The notes below the pieces were generated by a model. That model had not been told where the DNA came from, did no database searches, and saw nothing but the letters and a program-made list of their open reading frames with translations. Positions 8,102-14,450 of a stretch of 14,450 nt of DNA are shown piece by piece. Numbering within the stretch: the stretch's first letter is position 1; every line of letters starts with the position of its first letter. Source of the stretch: an uncultured Deferribacteres bacterium (GTDB taxonomy: Bacteria > Zhuqueibacterota > Zhuqueibacteria > Zhuqueibacterales > Geothermadaptataceae); NCBI GenBank assembly GCA_964014485.1, contig CAXHAT010000200.1, positions 1 to 14,450 of the forward strand. The letters run 5' to 3'. Made by a program: the position numbers and the translations under genes.

Positions 8102-8946
8102 CTTTGTCCTGAAATTTGGAGTTTTTTTCTTAAAAACAAGCCGATTGCGCTGAGCGCCAGAACGAGGCAGATGAGCACGAAGCTTGCGCCCCAGGCGTTG
8201 CTTAGCGCTTTCGGGTTGGTCGCTTGTTGCGCCAACTCAAGAATGTGCGTCGGCAGGGTGGCGACAGGCTCCCAGAGCGAGCCGGGAATGTCCGCGCCAG
8301 AAAAAGCTGCGGCGATAAACATAAGTGGCGCCGTTTCACCGACGGCGCGTGCGAGGCCGAGGAAAAGCCCCGTGGTCGCTCCGCCCAGGCTTTGCGGCAG
8401 CAGCACGCGAACAATGATCTGCCATTTGTCCAGTCCCAACGCTTTGGCGCTTTCACGATAAATTTCGGGAATGCTGTGCATGGATTGGTGCGCGGCGAGG
8501 GTGACGGTCGGCAAAATCATCATCGCCAGTACGAGGGAGCCGACAGACCAGGAAATTCCCGTGTCCAGAATATTGACGAAAAAAATCAGCCCGAAAACGC
8601 CGAAAATGATGGAAGGCACGCCGTTTAAGCCGTAGATCAAAGCGGCGCTCAAACGCTGCAAACGCGCAGATTTCAAATATTCGCTGCGGAAAATCGCAGT
8701 TCCCAATGCGACGGGAAAACAGAGTAACGCGGCAACGGAAATGAGCAGCAACGTGCCCAAAATCTGGTATAAAATGCCGCCTTCCGCGCCAAAGTTTCGC
8801 GCAGGCGTGAAGAGAAATGACGGGCTGATCGCGCTCACGCCTTTCCACACGATAACGCCGAGCAGCGCAGTCAATAGTGCGCCGCAGAAAATGACGGCGA
8901 GGCGGGAAGCCCAAATAAAAATATTGTTTGTCAATGCTCTACTCAT
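8098..8946 (-). CDS. pstA: Phosphate-type ABC transporter permease PstA
   Basis: GGILYQILGT, GVPSIIFGVFG, EAA loop YRESAKALG, LARAVGETAPL; 8-nt overlap with pstC. Confidence 0.88.
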   Translation of the reverse strand: MSRALTNNIFIWASRLAVIFCGALLTALLGVIVWKGVSAISPSFLFTPARNFGAEGGILYQILGTLLLISVAALLCFPVALGTAIFRSEYLKSARLQRLSAALIYGLNGVPSIIFGVFGLIFFVNILDTGISWSVGSLVLAMMILPTVTLAAHQSMHSIPEIYRESAKALGLDKWQIIVRVLLPQSLGGATTGLFLGLARAVGETAPLMFIAAAFSGADIPGSLWEPVATLPTHILELAQQATNPKALSNAWGASFVLICLVLALSAIGLFLRKKLQISGQR

Positions 8947-9910
8947 ACAGTCGCGACCCCGGTTTGTACAAAAGAACCTGCGCTGAAAAGGTGAGGCACA
9001 TCACGATGAGCAGCAAGAGCAGACCGATAAAAACCATGGCGCTGAAATGCTCCGAACCAAACGCGGCTTCGGCAAGTTCACGCCCCAGTTTAGAAGTCAT
9101 TGTTTGGCCGGGAGCGAGCACATTTGTGATCGGCGAAGGAATTCTGTCGATACTGCCGATGACGAGCATGACGGCCATCGTCTCCCCGACGGCGCGTCCC
9201 AGCGCGAGCAACGCCGCTCCGAAAATGTCTGGGCGCGCAATGGGAAGAACGGCGCTTTTAATCACTTCGTAAGGTTGCAGCCCGACCCCGCGCGCCGCCT
9301 TGCGATATTTTTGCGGCACGTTTTGCAGCGCGTCGTCGGTCAGCGTGATGATCGTCGGCAAAATCATGACGGCGATGAGCAAGCCGCCGGTAAGAATGGT
9401 TAGTCCGGATTGAAGATCGAAGACGGACTCAATCCAGGTGCTCAGGAAAACCACGCCGATCAATCCGTAAATAATGGAGGGTACGCCCGCGAGCAATTCA
9501 AGTAATGATTTGACGTAGAGTCGAGTTTTGCCTGAAAGCATTTCCGATGTGAAAATTGCCGTGAAGACGCCCAATGGCAAGGCCAAGGCCAGCGCGATGA
9601 TGGTGACGGCGACGCTGCCGTAAATCAGCGGCAACACGCCGAATTGCATTTTAGGGGGATTCCAATCCAGCGGAAAAAGTTCTGCTTCAGGCGAGGTTAA
9701 AACGGGGAGACTATAGCCGAAGAGAAATACGAAAATCAGCAAAATGACGCTGACGCCGAGGAGCGCGCTCAGCAGCACATAGCTTTTGCCGAGCCTGGAG
9801 CGTATTTGGAAAGCGCCTTTGCGGCAGACAAACGACGAATTTCCAAATGGAACGTCTCGCTCTCCGCCGAAAATTTGGGTAAAAACGCCGCTTTTTTTGC
9901 CCGCTTTCAA
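8939..9910 (-). CDS. pstC: Phosphate-type ABC transporter permease PstC
   Basis: WNP..FGVLPLIYGS, ELLAGVPSIIYGLIG, LGRAVGETMAVML. The TTG start has AAGGA upstream, but the start position is less certain than the gene call. Confidence 0.87.
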   Translation of the reverse strand: MKAGKKSGVFTQIFGGERDVPFGNSSFVCRKGAFQIRSRLGKSYVLLSALLGVSVILLIFVFLFGYSLPVLTSPEAELFPLDWNPPKMQFGVLPLIYGSVAVTIIALALALPLGVFTAIFTSEMLSGKTRLYVKSLLELLAGVPSIIYGLIGVVFLSTWIESVFDLQSGLTILTGGLLIAVMILPTIITLTDDALQNVPQKYRKAARGVGLQPYEVIKSAVLPIARPDIFGAALLALGRAVGETMAVMLVIGSIDRIPSPITNVLAPGQTMTSKLGRELAEAAFGSEHFSAMVFIGLLLLLIVMCLTFSAQVLLYKPGSRLYE

Positions 9911-9932
9911 AATAGATTCCTTCTGAATGACA
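9907..9932 (-). repeat. Solo arm of the GTCAT-type palindrome found inside MITE family B
   Basis: 9914-9932 AGATTCCTTCTGAATGACA matches 10969-10987 at 18/19; the reverse complement of 9907-9932 matches 10897-10922 at 21/26, including ATCTATTTTGA. Confidence 0.75.
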
Positions 9933-9958
9933 CTCGAAATGACTTTACAAAGACGCTC

Positions 9959-10798
9959 TTACTGAACGATGCGCACATAGCCGGACGTTTCCACGATTTT
10001 TTGGCCTTCGCTGCTGAGAATGAAATCAATAAATTGGCGAGATTTTTCCGCGAGTTTCCCGTTGGTAATGAGCAGGAGATCGCGCGTGATTGGGTAAGCG
10101 CCGCTGATGATGTTTTCCAGCGACGGTTCGACTACGGATTGATCGTTGAGGATGATTGCAAGCCCCTTGACCTCGTCGTTGAGCCAGGCGTGGGAGAGCA
10201 TGCCGATGGCGGCGTCGCTTTGCACGAGTGCGGTCTGTTCTTCGTTATTGGAGCCGAGCACCAAATCCGCACCAGGCGCGTCAGCCTCCTTGTCGCCCAT
10301 CACAATTTCCATAAAAACGTGCCGCGTACCGCGCGATTTTTCCTTGTCAATGACCAGAATCTCCTGATCAGGGCCGTCAACTTCTTGCCAGCTTGAGATT
10401 TCGCCGCGATAGATTTGTGCGATTTGCCCCAGAGTTAATGATTGAACGCCTGCGTCATAAATTTCCGACGAAACCGCCGGGACGACGGCGTCCTTGCCGA
10501 TGACGTGAGTGGAAAACTCAAAATCCGGATAGCGCGACTTTTCGAATGGCGTTATGTCGCGCGACGACATGCCAAGATCAATCTTTCCAGCGGCGACTTG
10601 ATTGACGCCAACGCCGGAGCCGCCTGAGTTGACGATGATATTGACGGACGGGTTTTGCAATTTGAACTGCTCCGCCGCGCGCGAAACAACGGGAAGTACC
10701 GTGGAAGAACCGGCGATTTTTATCGCGTCCGGTTTTTCACAGCCGCCATGCAGCATGACGAGGCTGGCGAGTAATGCAAAATGGCGTAGTTTTTTCAT
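9959..10798 (-). CDS. pstS: Phosphate-type ABC transporter substrate-binding protein (PstS family), probable lipoprotein
   Basis: Signal peptide MKKLRHFALLASLVMLHGG-C; motifs IAGSSTV, GGSGVG, IDLGMSSR, YPITRDL, FIDFILSSEGQKIVETSGYV. The ATG at 10798 is preferred over the ORF-track start at 10828. Confidence 0.87.
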   Translation of the reverse strand: MKKLRHFALLASLVMLHGGCEKPDAIKIAGSSTVLPVVSRAAEQFKLQNPSVNIIVNSGGSGVGVNQVAAGKIDLGMSSRDITPFEKSRYPDFEFSTHVIGKDAVVPAVSSEIYDAGVQSLTLGQIAQIYRGEISSWQEVDGPDQEILVIDKEKSRGTRHVFMEIVMGDKEADAPGADLVLGSNNEEQTALVQSDAAIGMLSHAWLNDEVKGLAIILNDQSVVEPSLENIISGAYPITRDLLLITNGKLAEKSRQFIDFILSSEGQKIVETSGYVRIVQ

Positions 10799-10844
10799 TG
10801 GGAATTCTCGTTTGGCGGAAATTTGCAATTAAAATCAGGTTTCG

Positions 10845-11040
10845 CTACCTGGCACTTTTTGTTCAAGCTTCAAAAACTGGTAAAAAGGTGCGGGATTGTC
10901 ATGCGGGAAGCATCTATTTTGACCCAACCCTTGAACTTTTGAGCGTAATCTGCACTGGACGATAACAAAGATTCCTTCAGAATGACAAAACTGGGGCTTT
11001 CGGCGGCTCGAAAATGCAGTTTGCAAAAAGTGTCAGGTAG
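10845..11040. mobile_element. MITE-like element family B (196 bp) with 17-bp TIRs and an internal GTCAT...ATGAC inverted repeat
   Basis: CTACCTGGCACTTTTTG (10845-10861) / CAAAAAGTGTCAGGTAG (11024-11040), 16/17 complementary; internal arms 10896-10915 and 10969-10988 are 15/20 complementary; no credible coding capacity. Confidence 0.7.
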
Positions 11041-11098
11041 AGAGAATCAGGTATGGAAACAATGCTTGGCGAGAAAATATTTCTGGAAAATCCCCGAT

Positions 11099-11119
11099 GT
11101 GGCGCCGACATAGTCGGCG
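11099..11119 (+). repeat. REP-like unit: GTGG tag followed by a hairpin
   Basis: GTGG directly followed by CGCCGAC-ATA-GTCGGCG. Confidence 0.4.
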
Positions 11120-11164
11120 TATTCCAAAACACTCGACATTACAATCCAGAATGGCGGCGCACTG

Positions 11165-11192
11165 GTAGAGACGCGATGCATCGCGTCTCTAC
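11165..11192. repeat. Perfect 28-bp GTAG-tagged palindrome (REP-like), possible 3' stabiliser or terminator of the desaturase transcript
   Basis: GTAGAGACGCGATGCATCGCGTCTCTAC is its own reverse complement; it lies 24 nt beyond the desaturase stop codon. Confidence 0.75.
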
Positions 11193-11216
11193 GCATGGCG
11201 TGTTCACGACACTCGA

Positions 11217-12281
11217 TTAAACCGCTTTTACGGGCTGAACGTCGCCTTTCTTCGGCGCGCCGTTTGTCGATTCTTCTTGTTCGAGCAGATCGCGATCCGG
11301 GCGTGAGTCGTCGCTCAATTCAACTTTCCCGCGCTCGGAGCGAACGACGCGCGACCAGAGTGAGATTTCGCGTTGGAAAATGAATTTGAACAACAATCGC
11401 GTCCAGGATTTGTGCGAATCCAGCGATTCATACCAAAGCGGAGCCGTTTTTTTCAGCTCGGGGAGCTTGTTCCAGGGGATGGACGGGAAATCATGATGCT
11501 CGTTGTGGTAGCCTACGTTGAAAGCAAAATTGTTCATCGGCCCGTAGTAGCTGAAAGTTTCCTGCTCGTGGCCGTCTTCCGTCGTGATGTAGTGGCGCTG
11601 GATCCACCGCGCGCCGAGCGGATGCAGGCCAACGGAGAAAAACAGCGAGATCAGCATAAATAACAATGCTTGCGGGCCCCAAAAGTACCAGATGGCAAAG
11701 TCGAAGGAAAATTGCACCGCCCAATTGGTGAGAATCCATTTATCGACGAATGAAATTTCTTTCAAACGCATCGGGCGGGTCAATTGAAAGAAGGGAAAAA
11801 GAAGCAGCCACAGCGCTTTACCAAACCAACTGTTGCCGACGAGCTTGGCTTCCCAGCGATTTGGGAGATCGGCGTCGAGTTCGTAAACGCCCTGAAACGC
11901 ATGGTGCTTGATGTGATAGCGTTGAAACGAAATCGCCGAAGGCAAAACGTGGGGCAGATTGGCCAACATTGCCGTCCATTTGTTGAGATAGCGTTTTTTG
12001 AAAACGAGGTTGTGCGCGCATTCGTGAATGATGACCCACAGGCCGTGATTCGCCACGGCGCCGACGGTGTAAGCAAGCAGCAACATCGCCCAGATCGGCT
12101 TGTCGCTAATCCACCACGCGAGAAAAATCATCAATCCGACTATGGCTGTTGCGAATGGCAAGGTCGCGAAGTTCCTGCCGATCAGGTCGCGGACTTCGGG
12201 ATGGTTTTTCAGAATTTTTTTAGTGCGCTCGCGGTGAGGTTCGCGTACGTCTGAGTAATGAAAATCCGTACGTTTTTCCAT
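11217..12281 (-). CDS. Membrane fatty-acid desaturase, sphingolipid delta(4)-desaturase (DES1/DEGS) type
   Basis: Three His boxes HECAH, HIKHH and HNEHH; DES1-type N-terminus DFHYSDVREPHRERTKKILKNHPEV; C-terminal ETFSYYGPMNNFAFNVGYHNEHHDFPSIP. The ATG at 12281 has GGAGG 7 nt upstream (the ORF track extends to a GTG at 12386). Confidence 0.88.
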   Translation of the reverse strand: MEKRTDFHYSDVREPHRERTKKILKNHPEVRDLIGRNFATLPFATAIVGLMIFLAWWISDKPIWAMLLLAYTVGAVANHGLWVIIHECAHNLVFKKRYLNKWTAMLANLPHVLPSAISFQRYHIKHHAFQGVYELDADLPNRWEAKLVGNSWFGKALWLLLFPFFQLTRPMRLKEISFVDKWILTNWAVQFSFDFAIWYFWGPQALLFMLISLFFSVGLHPLGARWIQRHYITTEDGHEQETFSYYGPMNNFAFNVGYHNEHHDFPSIPWNKLPELKKTAPLWYESLDSHKSWTRLLFKFIFQREISLWSRVVRSERGKVELSDDSRPDRDLLEQEESTNGAPKKGDVQPVKAV

Positions 12282-12500
12282 GCGGTTTCCTCCGATAAAT
12301 TTTTCGTTGATCCTTGCGGCGTTTGCGAGCCGCCCAACGAAGTTCTCGCGCTTTTCCCTCTCCGCAAAGCGAGAACGCCGATTCACGAGTTCTATTTTCA
12401 GTTCGCCGCTTCAAAAAGTGAGCGCTTCTCCAGCGGCGTTGAAAATAACGACGGCGCAAACCATGGGGCGCTTGCAAGGACGATGGCATAAAAAGCGGGG

Positions 12501-12529
12501 AGTATAGTCGACTGCAGATTGAATGTCAA
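12501..12529 (-). promoter_or_regulatory. Sigma70-type promoter for the desaturase
   Basis: The minus strand reads TTGACA (12529-12524) - 17 nt - TATACT (12506-12501). Confidence 0.75.
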
Positions 12530-12691
12530 GGCATACCATGCTTTTGAATATTAGAAAATTTAAATAATTCCTGCATGTTCTTCGATTTGTCTTCCTTATC
12601 AAGGCGATTCCAGGTTTGAGCGTTTGAAATTTTGGCGAAACAGCATTTCATCAAAATGAACGTCATCTTGCCGGTTTCAGTAATTTTTCTC

Positions 12692-12720
12692 TTGCCGCCG
12701 CATTGGCCCGATGTTATCTT
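12692..12720 (+). promoter_or_regulatory. Candidate sigma70 promoter with extended -10 for the sdh operon
   Basis: TTGCCG (12692-12697) - 17 nt - TATCTT (12715-12720), with TG at 12712-12713; it points toward the sdh genes. Confidence 0.4.
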
Positions 12721-12775
12721 GCTCAATTAATTCTTCTAATAGTTGCGTGACTGGATAAGTTCAGCTTCTAAATAA

Positions 12776-12949
12776 CTGATGTTACGCACTCTGCGAAATT
12801 TCCCCAATAGCACCTGAGAAACGTCACTTTTACGTCATTCCCGCGCAGGCGGGAATCCAGGGGCTGTGCGCGATTGACTGGATTCCCGCCTGCGCGGGAA
12901 TGACCTAAATGAGAGTTTCAACGGTGTCACTGCTGTCGCGTAACATCAG
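12776..12949 (+). mobile_element. MITE family A (174 bp), intact, 12-bp TIRs, 7-bp target-site duplication
   Basis: Perfect TIRs CTGATGTTACGC (12776-12787) / GCGTAACATCAG (12938-12949); TAAATAA on both sides (12769-12775 and 12950-12956); a related copy lies at 7049-7169. Confidence 0.85.
12833..12904. repeat. CGTC-type REP doublet nested in MITE A
   Basis: Perfect 27-bp inverted repeat GTCATTCCCGCGCAGGCGGGAATCCAG (12834-12860) / CTGGATTCCCGCCTGCGCGGGAATGAC (12878-12904) with a 17-nt spacer; each arm contains ATTCCC-N8-GGGAAT. Confidence 0.9.
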
Positions 12950-12985
12950 TAAATAATTTATCTCTGCTAGAGAAGGAGTCGCTTC

Positions 12986-13771
12986 ATGGCCAATGCAGAA
13001 GCAGTTTTAAAGAAACGAGGTTTCGGCGCAACCTCCCGGCGGGACGCTTGGTGGATGCAGCCGCTTTTTACATTTTTGGGGCTTTTGGCGTTTATCGTCT
13101 ATTCAACCTGGGCGGCGTTCCAGGGCGAATTCTACACCTACGGCCCGTACCTTTCACCGATGTATTCGCCGGAGCTTTTTGGCGCTTCATCGCACAGCAT
13201 TTTCGGGCCAAAACCGGACTGGTGGCCGGGATTCCTGCCCTTTTCACCGGCATTCTTGATTCTTTGGGCGCCGGCAGGATTCCGCTTAACTTGCTATTAT
13301 TATCGCGGTGCGTACTACAAAGCCTTCTGGGGCGATCCGCCTTCGTGTGCCGTCGCCGAAATGCGCAAAGGCTATCGAGGCGAAAATTCCCTGCCGCTCA
13401 TTCTGCAGAATGTTCACAGATATTTTCTCTATTTGGCTTTGGCTTTCATTTTCATTCTCGGCTATGACGCGATTAAAGGCTTCTTTTTTGAAGATGGATT
13501 CGGAATCGGCGTTGGCTCGCTGGTGCTGACGATGAACGTTGTTTTGCTAGGCGGATATACCTTGGGCTGCCACTCGCTGCGCCATCTCATCGGCGGACGA
13601 TTGAAGCTCATTTCGAAAGCGCCGACGCAAAAGAAGGGTTACTATTGTGTGAGCGCGCTCAACCGCAAGCATATGCTTTGGGCGTGGATGAGCTTGTTCT
13701 GGGTAGGATTCACGGATATTTACGTTCGGCTGTGCGCCATGGGCGTTTGGACCGACTGGAGGATTTTATAA
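12986..13771 (+). CDS. Succinate dehydrogenase membrane anchor, mycobacterial Sdh1 / Rv0249c type
   Basis: Motifs RRDAWW, YLSPMYSP, GFRLTCYYYRGAYYKAFWGDPPSCAV, PLILQNVHRYF, GCHSLRH, LNRKH; SD AAGGAG; TAATG coupling to the flavoprotein gene. Confidence 0.85.
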   Translation: MANAEAVLKKRGFGATSRRDAWWMQPLFTFLGLLAFIVYSTWAAFQGEFYTYGPYLSPMYSPELFGASSHSIFGPKPDWWPGFLPFSPAFLILWAPAGFRLTCYYYRGAYYKAFWGDPPSCAVAEMRKGYRGENSLPLILQNVHRYFLYLALAFIFILGYDAIKGFFFEDGFGIGVGSLVLTMNVVLLGGYTLGCHSLRHLIGGRLKLISKAPTQKKGYYCVSALNRKHMLWAWMSLFWVGFTDIYVRLCAMGVWTDWRIL

Positions 13772-14450
13772 TGGCGGATTTTCAAACAGTCGAGCATGAC
13801 GTTCTGGTGATTGGCGCGGGCGGCGCAGGATTGCGCGCGGCCATCGAGGCTTCCGGCACAGGCGTGACCGTCGGCGTCGTTTGTAAGTCTTTGTTGGGAA
13901 AAGCGCATACGGTGATGGCCGAAGGCGGCGTTGCTGCGGCGCTTTCGAATGTTGACGAACGCGATAATTGGAAAGTGCATTTCGCCGACACCATGCGCGG
14001 AGGACAATATTTAAACAATGCAACGATGGTTGAGCATCACGCGAAAGAATCCCCGGCGCGCGTGAATGAATTGGAAGCCTGGGGCGCACTTTTCGACCGC
14101 ACGAAGGACGGACGCATTTTACAGCGAAATTTTGGCGGACACGCTTATCCGCGTCTGGCGCACGTCGGCGACCGCACGGGGTTGGAGATGATTCGCACTC
14201 TGCAGGATCACGGCATTCATCAAGGGATCGACGTTCACATGGAATGCACGGTGATCACGCTCCTGAAAGACGGCGACCGCGTCATTGGCGCTTTGGGCTA
14301 TGATCGCGAGCGCGGACGATTCAAAGTTTTTCATTCAAAAGCCGTGATTATGGCCACCGGCGGCATAGGGCGCGCCTTTAAAATTACAAGCAACAGCTGG
14401 GAATACACCGGCGACGGCTTCGCCCCAGTCGAACCGGCCCAACCGCGGCC
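13771..14450 (+). CDS. sdhA: Succinate dehydrogenase/fumarate reductase flavoprotein subunit, 3'-partial (missing from the ORF track)
   Basis: Translated by hand: MADFQTVEHDVLVIGAGGAGLRAAIEA...KSLLGKAHTVMAEGG (covalent-FAD His motif)...QRNFGGHAYPRLAHVGDRTG...AVIMATGGIG...TSNSWEYTGDG. SD GGAGG at 13758-13762; the frame is open to the window end. Confidence 0.95.
   Translation, partial: MADFQTVEHDVLVIGAGGAGLRAAIEASGTGVTVGVVCKSLLGKAHTVMAEGGVAAALSNVDERDNWKVHFADTMRGGQYLNNATMVEHHAKESPARVNELEAWGALFDRTKDGRILQRNFGGHAYPRLAHVGDRTGLEMIRTLQDHGIHQGIDVHMECTVITLLKDGDRVIGALGYDRERGRFKVFHSKAVIMATGGIGRAFKITSNSWEYTGDGFAPVEPAQPR

Noticed and set aside
9925..9943. Possible Pho box (two GTCAT half-sites on the minus strand), and TTGTCAT/TTGTTAT near 10962-10988
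   Set aside because: The periods are 12 and 20 nt rather than 11 or 22, and the GTCAT motifs are explained by the repeat family.
12282..12386. ORF-track N-terminal extension of the desaturase from GTG 12386
   Set aside because: The ATG at 12281 has a strong GGAGG and DES1-like homology begins right after it.
12220..12489. Arg-rich 89-aa ORF spanning the desaturase leader as a possible leader peptide
   Set aside because: It has no SD, its ATG is several nt past the predicted transcription start, and its composition is typical of a spurious frame. Not excluded, but unsupported.
12647..12660. TTCAT-N4-ATGAA palindrome resembling an FNR/CRP-family site upstream of sdh
   Set aside because: It differs from the FNR consensus TTGAT-N4-ATCAA at the key positions, and short palindromes are expected in this AT-rich stretch.
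5594..12956. CRISPR array or integron attC interpretation of the repeats
   Set aside because: The repeats are dispersed inverted pairs, not regularly spaced direct repeats; there are no cas or integrase genes, and the flanking genes are operonic housekeeping genes rather than cassettes.

Overview
Bacterial window of moderate GC content, cut inside a gene at both ends. On the + strand is a tripartite RND efflux operon (5'-partial NodT/OprM-type outer-membrane factor, membrane-fusion protein, AcrB-family permease). On the - strand are a DUF3667 membrane protein, a divergent pstS-pstC-pstA-pstB phosphate-type ABC operon with no phoU, and a eukaryote-like DES1/DEGS sphingolipid delta(4)-desaturase behind a near-consensus sigma70 promoter and a ~210-nt structured leader. 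Divergently on the + strand a mycobacterial-Sdh1-type succinate dehydrogenase operon begins (membrane anchor, then a partial flavoprotein). The most unusual signal is non-coding: most of the larger intergenic spacers hold short palindromic repeats (GTAG- and CGTC/GTCAT-type). These include two unrelated families of small TIR-bounded MITE-like elements that each carry a GTCAT...ATGAC hairpin inside. One family has an intact copy with a 7-bp target duplication and a second inverted, collapsed copy; a fragment of the other family appears to supply the RBS and start codon of pstC. All calls come from reading the sequence; no searches were run.
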